A stretch of 64,000 nt of DNA from Gnetum montanum. Lineage: Eukaryota; Plantae; Gnetophyta. The stretch lies in assembly GCA_015680685.1 (NCBI GenBank), contig MNCI01000900.1, forward strand, positions 509,677 to 573,676. Reading direction: 5' to 3'. The position numbers were made by a program, and so were the translations under genes. The notes beneath the pieces are model-generated. The model did no database searches. It was not told the origin of the DNA and saw only the letters and a program-made list of their open reading frames with translations. This document shows, one piece after another, positions 1 through 13,209 of this stretch (within the stretch, counting starts at the first letter, position 1; every line of letters starts with the position of its first letter).

Positions 1-387
1 TCATATTTACTTAGAGGCAACCATGTGACATTTGTAGGATAGGTGTTTCCTCCCTAGGATGAGTTCTGTTGCATTTTCTTGGGGCTTTGACCAACCCACA
101 AAGACTCCCCATGGGATGAGTTGCATTACGTTTGTCATGGGTTCAATGGCTAACTATGGGAAAAGTTGCATGTGCATTGGGGAAGTTTACAAGGGATGAG
201 GAAGATTGTAAGATCAAGAGGTAGAGGTTTAGATTAGCTAAGGGGATATTAGGGACATGCACTCTCAAGTAGCTAGGTGAGTTGAAACAAACACATTGGA
301 ACAATGCGGTGCCTTACTATTATGATGAAACATACCCTTGAATGGCACCAGCAGATCACAATAGTACCCTTAAGGGTGGACCATAAT

Positions 388-570
388 GTGCTAACTTAAG
401 GTCCTAGCAGATCACTGTGCTAGTTTAATGTCGTAGCAGATAGTGGTTGGCCAATTTAAGGTCATAGTGGACCATGCTATGGGTGCTAGTTTAATGTCAT
501 ATCCCAAGGACATTCTATACCAATTTAACATCATAGTGGAAATTTGTGCTAATTTAACGTCATAGCAGAT
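388..570 (-). repeat. Array of ~6 CTATGACnTTAAACTRGCAC repeats with short unique spacers, downstream of integrase (copy A)
   Basis: Repeated gtgctagtttaatgtcatag-like units about every 30 bp, directly after the INT stop. Confidence 0.85.
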
Positions 571-612
571 GATTTGTTTACCTTGCTTTTGTTGTCGATG
601 CAATACTGCATG

Positions 613-3600
613 TTAGGTGTAGTATGGATTTAGGTACGAGTGATTAACAGGATTGGCAAACTCATTGCCATCTAGATCAAAGAGCTTGAAGGCTTCGTTG
701 TCATATGCCTTAGTGACCAAGAAAGGCCCTTCCCAATAGGCTAACAATTTATCCACAGGCTCACAGAAAACCTTGAGGACTAGGTCCCCTTTCTTGATTG
801 GGCGTTGATGCTAATTGTGATGATGCTTTTGTTGTTGCTTCTCTTGGTACCACTCAATGTGATTAAGCATTTGGATGTACTCTTCCTTTATAGAGTCAAG
901 GTTGATGGTTCTCAACTCATTGTTCTAAGCCTTCTCCATGAAGCTCAAGAGGATCATGTGGAGTGATGGGACCTCCAATTCAAGAGGCAACACTACTTCA
1001 GATCCATACACAAGACTATATGTTTTTTTACCTATTGCAATTCTACACGTTGTATGGTAGGTCCAAAGTGCATATACTAATTTTTCATGCCATCATCGCT
1101 TGCTATTGTTAAGCATCCTTTTTAGGAGGTTGATGATGACTTTATTTGTAGACTCTACTTGGCCGTTTTCCTAAGGGTAGTATGGTGATGAAAAAGAGTG
1201 ATTGATGCCGAAGTTTTCATAGAAGGCTTTGGTTTTTACACTGTTAGATTGTGGCCCATTGTCTATGAATATAGTCATGGGGAGACCAAATCAGGTCACT
1301 ATGTTGTTAAGAATGAATTTGCAAACTTGCTAATATGTTGTCTTCCTAAGGGGGATAGCTTCAACCCACCTTGTAAAATAATCGGTTGTAGTAATGATGA
1401 AGCTGTGTCCTATGAAAGACTTAGGTGTTATAGTCCCTATGATTTCCAATCCCCAACATTGAAATGGCCATGTGATTTTTGTATTATGTAGTTCAGTAAG
1501 TGAAACATGCATTATATTCCCATGTCATTGACACACGTCACATGTCTTGACCTTGGAGATGCAATCATGCTCCATGTATGGCCAGTAATAGCCTAGATGT
1601 TGGATTTTTGTTGTTGTTACCCTAGGAACTATATGACCCCCACATAGTCCCTCATAGACTTGGTCAATGATCCTTTCTGCTTCACTACTACTAACACAAG
1701 TTAATAGTATCCCATCATAGGACCTATGACATAAGGTACTATCACCTATGAGGATGTACTATCATGATCATTTTTGCACTACATCCTTTTGGGAAAAGGT
1801 TAAGTTTTGTGGGGGTTCTCCTTGTTGGAGGTATGCCTTGATGTCATCATACCATTCTTGGGCATGAGTTGTACTTATGGATGTGATGCTTGTTCCATGG
1901 ATTATAGGTTCAGTGCAATCCAAATTTACAATAGGCAAAGTAGAGAACATATTTATCGATATGCTTAAGGCTAAAGTAGCTAGTGCATCAACTATGGCAT
2001 TTTCATTGCAAAGGATATGCTGGACATCTATGGTTGCAAATTGTTTCAGTAAGTGCTTTGCCAAATCACAGTAAGGTTGTAGGTGTTGTGCTTTACAAGT
2101 GTAAACCTCTATGACTTGGTTAACGACCAACTGTGAATTGCCTTGGATTGATATATTTTGGATCCCTAACTCTTGAGCTGCTGGAATGCCTCTAAGGAGA
2201 CCTTTGTATTCCACCATGTTGTTTGTACAAAGAAACAAAGTGGTATGCGAAGGGCCGAATCTCTCTAGAGGGAAATGTGATAACAACAACAACACTACCA
2301 CCTTGTGTGGTCGAAGCATCATCAAAGTGTAAAATGAACTCAAAATCCATAGCTACTTAGCTTATACTGCTAACATGCTCATCTAGGAATTCTGGATCTA
2401 TCATTACCTAATTTTCTTTGGGTGAAGCCATGAGATGAGTGGCTATTGCTTGACCCTTTATGGATGCCTGCACTATGTAATGTAGGTCAAACTTCATAGT
2501 TATTTCCTTCCATCTTGATATTCTACTACTTTCATATATGTTTTTTATTATAGTCCTAAGTACGTTACTCTTGCAAATGACGTTGACTTGACTATGGAAA
2601 AGGTAGTGTCTCCATTTTTTAACCACAAATACCAAGGCGAGACAATTTTTTTCTCCACATAATTGTATTTTTCCTGGTGTGCTATTAGTGCATGACTTAG
2701 GTAGTAAATAAGAACCTCAAAATTGTCATCACACTTTTGGCAAATTAGGGAAGAAATGAATGCATCTAAGGTTGCAAGGTAGATATAGAAAGGCTTATCT
2801 CTTTGTAGAGGATAGATAGTTGGAAGGTGAGCCAGCTCCTTTTTTAGGTTGTCAAATGCCTCTTGGCATTGATCTATCCACTCAAAGTTGACTCCTTTTT
2901 TGAGAAAATGGTGCATTGGTTGTAACTTATTAGTTAACCTTGTGATAAACCTACATATAAATTGTATTCTACCTTGTAATCCACGTAGCTCCTTAAGGTT
3001 TTTCAGTGGTGCTAAGTTGATAATAGCCTTGACCTTGTTGGGGTCTATGCATATTCTTATTTTTGATACCACAAAGCCTAATATGTGATCAATTTTAATG
3101 CCAAAGACATACTTTTTGGGATTCAGGCAAAGGTCATGCCTATGGCAATGTTTAAGGACAAGGTTCAAGTCATTCACATGGTCATGAGCCATTTTGGACT
3201 TAACCACTATGTCATCAATGTAGTCATTGAGCTATTCTAGTAAATAGTCACTAAAAATGTATGTCATTGCACATTGATATGTTTCTCCAACATTCTTTAA
3301 TCCAAATGGCATCATTGTATAACAAAATGTCCCCTAGGGGGATCAGGAAAGTAGTGGTAATTTGGTGCTCTAGGTTAATGCAAATTTGGTTGTACCCTGA
3401 GAACCTGTCCATGAAGGAAAACAAGGCATGACCGGCTGTAATATCAACAATTGTTCAATACTAGGCAATGGAAAATTATATTTAATGGTTTCCTTATTTA
3501 AGTCTCAGAAGTCTATGCAAATGTGTATACCCCTAGTTTTCTTGGGGACAACTATGATGTTTGAAACCCAATCTACATAGTTGATTGCCCAAATGAAACA

Positions 3601-4086
3601 GGCTTAGTAAAGTTTAGTGATTTCATCGTGGATGGCCAATGCAATATTAGGTTTGATTTTACAAGCCTTTTTTTTAATGGGCTTAACACGTGGATCTAAG
3701 ATAATGTTATGTTGTATTATACGCAGGTCTAAGCTTGGCATGTCCTCATAAGACCATGCAAACACCTTGACATTGTCATTAAGGACTCTAGAAATGCTTT
3801 GTTGGATTTGAGGTTCTAGTAAAGAACTAGGTTTCAATGTTTTTTCCTCACCTTTACATGTTGTTATAGGGACTTCTATGAGGGGATCCTCAATCACATC
3901 ACTTGCTTCTAAATCTAGAGCTTGAACTAGATGTTCTGGCCAATCTAGTGATGTCTCTAGGGATGCTATGTTAGTGTTATAAGGAGGCAATTCGAAGTCC
4001 AAAAGCTTTGAGTTTATACATCTCATGATTTTTCCATAAGGTCCAATCAAGGCTAAAGGCAAATGAAGACTCTTGTATGCATCCAT
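613..4086 (-). pseudogene. pol: Copy A pol (RT, RNase H, additional archaeal-type RNase H, integrase), disrupted
   Basis: Fragments: FAWSYEDMPSLD and YIDDIVV (RT); LNPKKYVFG and KKWRHY (RT/RH); TNNMVEYKGLLRG...GNSQLVVNQV (aRH); WPFQCWGLEIIG and TDYFTRWVEAIP (INT); YWEGPF. Many stops and frameshifts. Confidence 0.92.
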
Positions 4087-4573
4087 TTTCTTAAATATCC
4101 TACAAGATTACTAGAAAAACATTAAGTGGTAGCTATTTAATAAATAAAAATGAAGCAAAATGCATAAAATGAGGAAGATAATGCTATAAAAATTAACTAT
4201 GCAATATTGAAAGTGATTTATTTTTTTGTGTTCTTTGGCATGGCCTCGATGAGTCATAAAATTGCCAGTTTAAGGTCATAGCAAACTATAGATTCTATAT
4301 GAGGTGTGAATCTAGGCAAAGCTCAAAAGGCTTGATGCATGGGGTTAAGCTAAATGTTCATCAAGCAAGCAGAAAAATGTAAAAAATTTCTAGTTGAAAA
4401 AAGTTAGAAAAATTCTCTAACTCTAGGTGTTATGCTACATGGGACATGAAGTATTCCACATTACACGTGAGACACAGGACGTTCCACATTACGCATAGGA
4501 CATAGAGCATTCCGCATTATGCACAAGACACGGGATGTCTCGAAAAAGTGACATGTCATGTGACCCTAGAGGC

Positions 4574-4580
4574 TATAAAT
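4574..4580 (+). promoter_or_regulatory. TATA box of the antisense gene in copy A
   Basis: CTATAAATAGG ~70 bp upstream of ATGGCCAAAGCAA (4645). Same motif and ATG conserved in copy B (29976-29982 and 29910, minus). Confidence 0.6.
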
Positions 4581-5301
4581 AGGGGTTTACCCATGGTAAA
4601 CTTGTCATTTTCACCATTAGAGCCAACAATCTTCTAACTGTAGCATGGCCAAAGCAAAGTGTATCATCCACAAAGCATGATAGCAAAAGAGTGAGAGTTT
4701 AATAGCAAGAAAATGGCACATAGAAGCGAGCATAGACACCCCGTCCTTACCAACATCAATGAGAGAAAGAGAACTCTGCAATGTCTCCCTAGGGTGAGCA
4801 TTGGAGAGCATCAAGAGGCACCATCTACCAAGTATGCCATCACACCCTACCCTCATGATTTTTCCCTTCATGCGCTAGTGTTTTGGAGTCTTGGGGCTTT
4901 GGGACGGCCTGCCATGGGTAGGGACCACCACCACTACTATCATCACTATTTCCATGGCTAGGAAGGAAGTGCGTGTCATGGGTCTTGTTTGTTTTTTATT
5001 TAAGGCTTTGATAGCATCCTATGCTGCGGTGCTAGGCAAGGATTTCATCACAAGCTTCTAGGTGTCAAGCACTATGGGATGGTGTAAGGTTTTCATTGTG
5101 TCTTACGTGATAAGATGGGATAAGAATTTTAAATGTAATGCTTAGTGTAGCTGCGTGTAGGGAGTTTTAGGCACTCTACATTCCATGTCACATAATAGGG
5201 TTTTCTTTTTTCCACATCCCGCATGGTGGGATAGGTTGTCAAGCTCTAGGGTATCCCTGAGAGTGTTACCCAAAAGTTGGAAAAAATTTTGGGGTTGCTA
5301 C

Positions 5302-8300
5302 TGTTGGCACATTTAGCCATTGTATGGAACAGAGACATGAGATGGTTGAGATGTTTTGAAATATTACAATACAAATATTTGAAATGGCAAGATGTGATTG
5401 GGAAAGGTATTGGTATCTATCATTTTTTTTAAATAAAGAAGAAGAAGAGAAAGAGATGGAAATCACTATGGGGATTTTAATGAATTCTCCCGTAAAAAGA
5501 TAAGCATAAACCTTAGCCCTGTTCCAAAGGGGAGACGTTGATTTCTTTTGGGACACATCGCACAAATTAAATAGAAAATCATAATTTTTCACCATGGTAT
5601 GAGCGCAAGGTACCAAGGCATCGCGCCTCTGGGAAGACTGCAATATTCACCGGCATTTTGCAGGTCATGATTGAGGGCAACGGTGCCGCAGTGCAGACCA
5701 CGACCGACGGCAATGACGGAGAGGGCGGCAGAGACATCAGCGCGACGTAATTCATGTAAAGAAAAGAAAAATGTGGCTGCGGAAGTCATCAAAAAATAGA
5801 GGAAAATAAAGGGACAGACATCAGCATTTCGTTTTTTGTTGGGCAGCAAAACATAAGCAATGTTGACCGCCTCTATGACAGGTGAACAGGGCCACAAAAA
5901 CCCCCTCATGCATCGCCAAACCCTGCTGGATTCTGTGCTGTTCTAAAACCCTTGTCGTTCTAAAAACAAAAAGAAGAAGCTTTGCCATAGCGGGAGGAGC
6001 CCTAAGATTTACACATCATCACAAACCGTGTGGTACAGACGGCACAATATTTTCGGGCAGTTGCAGGCCTATGAATGCATTTCAAAATGTGTTCTAGGCG
6101 GTAAAAGAAACAACAACAAATCGGCAATCACCAGTTTATCCGCCCTGGAACCTGCAATCAAAAAAGATATAACCATGCCTGATGCTAATGCCTTTGATAC
6201 GGCAATGTTTCCTGACACGGCGGCTGAGCCTTCTCCTATGCCGGCAGTTGCTGGTAACGATTTTTGGTATGTTGAATCAGTTGCCGATTCAGTGGCTTCG
6301 CCTTCGGGTTCGTCTTTCAGGTCATTCCGAATTTTAGCTACAATTATCGGGATGCAGAAAAATAAATTAACTACCACTACCACCAATAAGATGGAGATTA
6401 TATTATATTTCTATTACAAAATCGTAAAGCTTAATGGCACTTAGAATTTAAAATTTAAATTAGATTAGATTAGGGATCTAAACAAAGTACATAATACAAT
6501 ACATATAGTGTGGAGCCCTGTTTTAGAAAAGCTTGCTTTAAAAAATTATTATATATAAGTCATTACCTATTAAAAATTTGCCATATTGATTATCCCATTT
6601 AAAGTCACATTAAAGTTAGCATAAAATATTCCTCATTTTATGTGTACTTCCTAACTTCCTAAATCACATAGTTTTCTCCTAGCTTATTGGACAAGCAATC
6701 CTCTGATTGGTTAGTCAAATTACTTAAGAGAGAAGATAGGAGAGATATTTTTGAGATATTTTTGGGATATTTTTCCTAGGAAGAGGAGAATCTCATCTTT
6801 TGGAAAGTCTTATACACCAGTTAGAAGACTTGACATCTCATTTTGAAGAGGCAAAATTAAAAAGATATATATGTGTATGAAGTAAGTTGCCACTATAGCT
6901 TGTATTCCTATGTATTTTAGAAATTATATTTTAATTTTCTATAATATTGTAACTACCATGGGCACTTGTCAACCGTAGCATTTTTATCTCTTTTGTGGTT
7001 GAAACCACCTAAAATTGTTGTAACTTACCTAACTTGTTGGGCAAGTAACCTCCTAACTTGTTGGCCAAGTAATCTCCTAATTGGTTGGCCAAGTTCCTTG
7101 GGAGAGAAGTTAGGTGAGATATTTTTAAATATGTAACTTCCCTACCTACCTTGGAACCCTATAAAAAGGCTTCAGGGATAAAGGAAAAGAGAAGGAAGAA
7201 GAAAGGAAAAAAACAGAAGAGGGAGAAAAGGAAGAACAAAGGAAGAACATTGGATCACACTTGGGATCAAAGAAGATTGTTTGCAAGATGGCTTGCTAGA
7301 ATAAAGATTTTAGCCTCTTTTTCATGGTCCTGTGAGTTATGCATTTCATTTTTTCTTTTGTTTAAATTGTCTAGCTAGTGGTTTAGATAGTATCATCCTT
7401 GGCAAGTAATTTTGGGATTTTTAGATTGCTCTTACTATTCTTGTTGCCCAATAGAAATGTCTATTAAAATTTTACCATAGAAGCACTTGTGTTTAAAATC
7501 CTTAAGAGCATTTTAGTAGTAAATTTCATTATTGTGCAACATGTGGGAACTACTATTGGGATTGTTGTAAGAGAGCCTCTATTTGTAGTCACGCCGTTGA
7601 ACAATTCAGTAGTCAAGAGGGTTCAGAAAATATTTGGTATTTTGATGGGACTAGAATAGCTTTTTTTATCTTTAAAGTGAATTCTCATGGTATTTCAATC
7701 AGAAATTGTCAAGTCTTTTAAAGGGTCTATTTGAATACAATCGTTGGCATCCATTATCTAGTCAAAATGGAGTCTCGTACGTGGTAGTTTACGCAGCAAT
7801 TTTTGGTAGCATAATAGGATTGTCTTGAAGATATTGCTTGTTTGAGCCTTGGAAGTTTGAACAATTCGTAGATATTGAATTTGGGATAGCTTTATTGCGA
7901 AGTGTTTACTCGTGTCATTTTACCTTGTTTAAATATTTGAGGTCTACACAAATCTGCTTTCTTTTCTTTTCTGCTTATTTCCATCGAATCTTGCTCTATT
8001 TCTAGTTTTCTTGTGGAACTATCTCTTTCTCTAGGGAAAATTAGGAGTAGATTGTGGAGTTGTGCTCAAATGTTTTTGCAAAATTTTATTTGTTACAAGT
8101 AGGTATTATAAGGACCACGTAGACTAGGCAGTTGAACAAAATAGGAAATTTTCAAGAACTCACAGTACTTGGCAAAGTTGGCTGAATCTCTTTAAAGTAA
8201 GTCATTTGTAGTTCACACACAACGCAATTGTTACATTTTACACAACCACACGCCGCAACAGCACACACACATACTCACATTAACTACTGAGTCTATTTGG

Positions 8301-8395
8301 AGGTATCTGGGCCTTGGTGTTGCCAGAGACCAGCAGGCACCTAAATCCTGTTCGAGGACACTCGTTGGCGGTCGCGTCCCAAATGGTCGCCAACA
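5302..8395 (+). mobile_element. Young 3.1-kb solo LTR inserted in intron 1 of the copy A antisense gene
   Basis: Termini TGTTGGC...GCCAACA, perfect 5-bp TSD GCTAC (5297-5301, 8396-8400), TATA-like CTATAAAAAGG at ~7160 followed by a purine-rich tract. Absent from copy B; CpGs retained. Strand inferred from the TATA. Confidence 0.88.
7025..7097. repeat. Three ~24-bp tandem repeats in the solo LTR, upstream of its TATA
   Basis: cctaacttgttgg(g/c)caagtaa repeated three times. Confidence 0.7.
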
Positions 8396-8434
8396 GCTAC
8401 ATTATGTATTTAGAAAGTTCCACATTTCGATGTT

Positions 8435-8845
8435 GTCATGCTCCATGGGAGTGTGATTGACACTTAGAACTTTCTGCACTCTAGCATTTTCACACTCCCT
8501 AGGAGCGTGACCAAGACTTGGAGAAAGTTTTCCAAATTTTGTCTAGTGATTTACTATTGTCACATTCCCTGGAGTGTAACAAAACGTAAAATATTGCCAC
8601 AACTTTTTCTATTGGATCATGTAGTTGTTAGGCTCCCTGGGAGCACAACCAATACTTAGAAAAATATTTTTACTTTTTGCTAGTTATTCCACATCCGTCA
8701 CACTCCCTAGAAGTGTGACAAACAACACTTCGAAACTTTTTTCACTTTTACTAGTTATTCCACAGTCGTCATGCTCCTTGGGAGCATGACAAACACTTAA
8801 AAACATTTTGTGCAAAAAAAGTGTTACACTCTGCAGGAGTGTGAC
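8435..8845. repeat. Array of 7 palindromes GTCACRCTCC-NNN-GGAGYGTGAC at 55-71 bp spacing
   Basis: Units start at ~8435, 8490, 8559, 8627, 8697, 8768 (perfect gtcatgctcc-ttg-ggagcatgac) and 8823, separated by A/T-tract linkers. Confidence 0.8.
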
Positions 8846-11800
8846 AACCACTAAGAAAAATTTTCAAAATTTTTGTTTATTGTTTCATGCATCATTTATC
8901 TATTACCTTTGTTGTTTTATTATCCTTTTCCTAATACTAATGTTTTCATTTTTGTGATACTGTAGGGTCCTGTTGAAACCTGCCATGGTAGTGATTGAAC
9001 TAGTAGGGATCTTGTGTTGTATGAGCAATCCCATGCCTAATGTCCCTACAACTCATGCACGCATAGGACACTAGGCGGTCTGGTTTTGGGAAGGTGCACA
9101 AGCATTCTTAAAATTCCTACTTTGCAACCTCAATGTGATGATGTGGTCACACTTGTCCACTGAAGTAGCAGGTGTCTTAGTTGAAACATTATTGCCCAAG
9201 GCAAATCGAGGCATCTTAAAATTTATGTCAAATGAACCTACTAAAGGCAAAGAGGTAGGGAGCTCAAGGTAGCACCCAAAAGGTCTCAAACCCTTGTCTT
9301 GGATCTGGGATATGCTAGAGTTCAAGTGCTATCATAAATACAACATTGTGTTCATTACCTACCATGTGGGCACGACCTTCCAGAACCCACCTAGAACTAT
9401 CTACTGCATTGGAGGGTGAGTCCTATTGTGATGATGATTTTTTTTTTTTTGTTTATTTTATATGACTTGGAATGCTTATTTTCTTTCTATCTATCACCAG
9501 ATTCTTTCTTGATGAAGATGGCCTTTACAATAGAGAAGGATCATTAGACCTAGTCCAAATAGCCCTACAAGAGTTCTCATCCACTAAGAATATGCATTCT
9601 GGTGTCATAGGAAAAATTAGGGCAGATATGAGAACTTACCCAACCAAGTACTCCAAATCCTACATGAAATGCTGGGATCCTGGGTGGTTAGATGGTGAGT
9701 GGGCATCCCATCGGATATCCACTATGGAATAAATTTTAGTCTAAGTACCTCCATTCCCCACACTGTTTATGCTAGGTAAGTTATCACTCATTTAGTTTAT
9801 TTTTGTGCATTTTTTTATTCATGTTTCCATCATGTTGTTGACTCTATTTTTTATTTACTATAGCAGTAGCCAAGTCCAATGAGATTATAATGATTATTGT
9901 AGGAAGCATTGAGGCTAATCTTCTTTCAAGTATGGCAAAGTTGATGGTTTGCAGCGTTGGTTATGCCATGAGGCCCCAACAAGAATTACCCAATATGTTG
10001 AATAGGATAGGCTCATGGACCTCTTTTTGGCTACAAACCCAAGCATCCCAATATTAGAAATTATTGCCTTGTTGACTCTTTCATGGAGATCGTTGATTGC
10101 TTCTACACATGAGTTCACAATGTGTGAGTGGTCTTAGAGATCACAAACGATCTCTTTGTAGATCTCTTTGGTGTCCCCTCTGAAGGTTTACCTATAGGTA
10201 AAAAGACTAACATAGACCTAAACCATAGAGGGAACATTGAGGAGTGGCTAGGCATAGAGAAAGGCTACAAGGGCATCCCCATGAAGTAGGTGAAATTAAT
10301 AGTGGCCCAACACATTTATCACATCTTTTGGGCTCATGCATTCCCCAAGCTACATTCCTAATGAAAGATTCTTGGGGTAGAGTAGGCTTGGGTTATGAGA
10401 GATGTGGCAAAGGAAGGAACACAATACAATTAGGCTAAATACCTTGCTGAGGGCCTACAAGCTAAAATCATCAAACTTCATGACAATCTTGAAGCATGCT
10501 TTCATGTATATTTTGCCTTCTTTATAGTGTGTTTATGCAAGTTTTTGGAATTTCTAGTGGTTTGTGAAAATGGGATATGGATAGTCCAAGATCACAACCA
10601 AATATCCAAGCCATGGATCCACCATCTATTCTACACAACATGGTCATAGGACCCCCTGGAGACCATTGGCGAGTCCTTTTCTATAACCACCAAGGGCTAG
10701 GTGAGACCATCCTACTGTATGCCTGATAGTGCTAGAAAGGCTTCTCCCATGAACACAGGAAATGTAGCGAGGGGCATGAATCATTACTAAGATAGTCTGA
10801 TCAAAGCTACAAATCAAGAAGCCTTGCCCCATAGAACTGCCCATGCATGAAATTAAAGAAAGGGGGAAAAAACTACATCTCATAGTAAAGGATGCACAGT
10901 CAGAGTTTACTAGTAAATGTATATTATTTAGTATATTTTCCTTTCTTATATATATATGTATGTATGTATCTATGTATGTATGTATTTTAGAGAGATGTTC
11001 TAACATTGGTTTATGCAACATAGGTGAGGAGGAAGCTACAGCCGCAGAAGAAGAGCCTTTAGGAGAAGAGGAGCCCTTAATAGAAGATGTCCCTTAGCTT
11101 GAGGGATGCATAACAAATGAAGACACTACCGACATCTTGAGGCAACTTGAAGAGGAAGGGCTATGATTCGAGGATAATGAGTTTGATCATTTGTTTGAAA
11201 GCATGCAGATGGGCGATCCCCTTGCTCTCACCCCTAAGGGTTTGCTAGGTAGGAGCTTTGCATTGCCATTTACATTATGCTCTTGTTTTCCCTCTTCTTA
11301 TTTTTTCCTTCTTTTCTTTTCTTTTTTGTTGTCAATGTTAATTCTTTTTATGTTGTAGCAAACGATGCTTTCACTAAATGTCCTAAATCTTCATCCACTT
11401 GTTGCTCATAACTGTGGGCAAAAACCATAGACAAGTTTGTCTTCATGTAGGGCATAGTGGATGATATGATTGATAATTTAAAGCAAATAGATTCTAATAT
11501 AGGTACATTTGGATTGTTGTGTTTTTTTATGTTTTTTTTTCACCTTTGTCTTATAACTAATGTTTCCTCTCTTTGGTATAATAGCCTTACTACTTAAATG
11601 GGACTCGTGAAGAGTGGTTGAAGTTGACATTATACCTGAGCTCCCTCCTAAGGTAAAGGACATGCCCTGTCATATATATGATGAGGCAATAAAATACACA
11701 TTACACTAGACATGATCACTGTGGGAGCATAGGCATGTAAACAAAGACCTCTGGAAACAAGTACAAAAACTTGAAAAAGAGAAGGGAAGCTAGGTAGTTG

Positions 11801-12784
11801 AACTAGAAGACCTACAATCACAGTATGACTTCTTGATGACCTAAGATAAATCAAATGGTGGCTAGCATACATCTGTAATTGACTATGCTAGATATTGATC
11901 AGCAAGAATGAGGCTATGCATGAAGTTATTGAGCAATGCCTACAAATGGACCTCTTGGATCAAAAGACCCAAGACTAGAAGGATTACAGTGCTAAGGTGT
12001 ATGAGTTTGAACAAACTCAAAAAAACCATAAATATCAGTATAAAATGGAATGTTTAGCCTATTGTAAGAAATACTGAGATGAATCTATGGAAGGCCAAGG
12101 TTGCGATTTGTCCCTTAATGCTATTGGTGTGACATAGGCTTATGATAGGTTTGCTAAACACTTGGTGGTTAGTGAGTCCCCTGAAAGGGAAATTACTGTG
12201 CCTTCTAGAGAAGTTACATCTACTACCTTTTCTCCAGGGCCACCTATATGGATAGCCATGCAGAAGGGGAAGACCCTAGTAGACATTGACTTAGTAGAGG
12301 AGGATTGGGCAAGCATGAAAGAGGAGGAAATCCTTTGACGCATAGAGTCTAGCCTCAATAGGATGCCCCCAGACATAGACATAGGCCCATCTCAGGTTGG
12401 TTAAATTTACTTTATATTGCTATTATTTTCAAATGTTATCCTTTTTATTAACTAATTTATCATTTTATTTTCATTTTGTGAAAGATCTAGGTGGGAATGT
12501 AAGACCTAGTAATTGAAGACAAAGGGGAAGAGCGTTAGCTTCCCATTGATACATTAAAGTATTTGAGATGTAGCCTTGTTATTGGGTAATTTTGTATTTT
12601 TTGATGGGGATGTATCCCTGGACTATGTATTTTATTTACAATTTAATAAAAAGCATGATATTTATTTTATTTATGTATCGATCTCTCGTGGCATCATTTT
12701 AACTTATATTTTAGTTAATCTCCCTTTAGACTTTTCTATTTTCTATATACATTTTTGAATAACTTAGGCCCCTTGTGGGCCCCA

Positions 12785-13050
12785 TACTCTAGTTTAAGGC
12801 CATTGTGGGCCATTACTAGTTTAAGGCCATTGCAGGCCATACTTCCCATGAAAGAAAGTTCATTGCCAGTTTTATGCCTTGGTAGGCTATGCAATAGTTT
12901 GAGGCCATTTTTTGCCATGGTGTAGTTTAAGGCCATTTCAAGCCATCGCTACCTATAAGAGGGAGTTGGTTGCCAATTTTAGGCCTTGGTGGGCCATGCA
13001 ATAGTTTAAGGCCATTCTAGACCATTGTTGTAGTTTAAGGATATTTTAGG
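12785..13050 (-). repeat. Array of ~8 AATGGCCTTAAACTA repeats downstream of gag-PR (copy A)
   Basis: tagtttaaggccatt-like units with a ~105-bp higher-order duplication. A homologous array lies at 24640-24785. Confidence 0.8.
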
Positions 13051-13209
13051 CCATACTTCTTTCTTCTTCCTTTTTTTCTATTTTTTTTTATTTTTTTAAG
13101 TGAAGAGAAAAAAGCATAACTAATACAAGAAGCAAACATAACACAAATTACAACTATATAGACAAAAGAACTAAAGACAAGCTAGGGGAACAAGTAAATC
13201 AGGGACATG

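Larger units (their letters stand above)
4645..12535 (+). pseudogene. Antisense multi-exon extra gene of copy A (weakly PMD/plant-transposon-protein-like core, acidic tract, coiled-coil C-terminus), degenerate
   Basis: GT-AG introns with T-rich tracts: acceptors ~8965, 9500, ~9863, ~11022, ~11358, ~11584, ~12484; donors 9416, 9776, ~11249, ~11502, ~12395. Many recur at homologous positions in copy B. Core resembles 'F...F......LEIT.DLF.DLFG.P.EG.P'. Confidence 0.7.
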
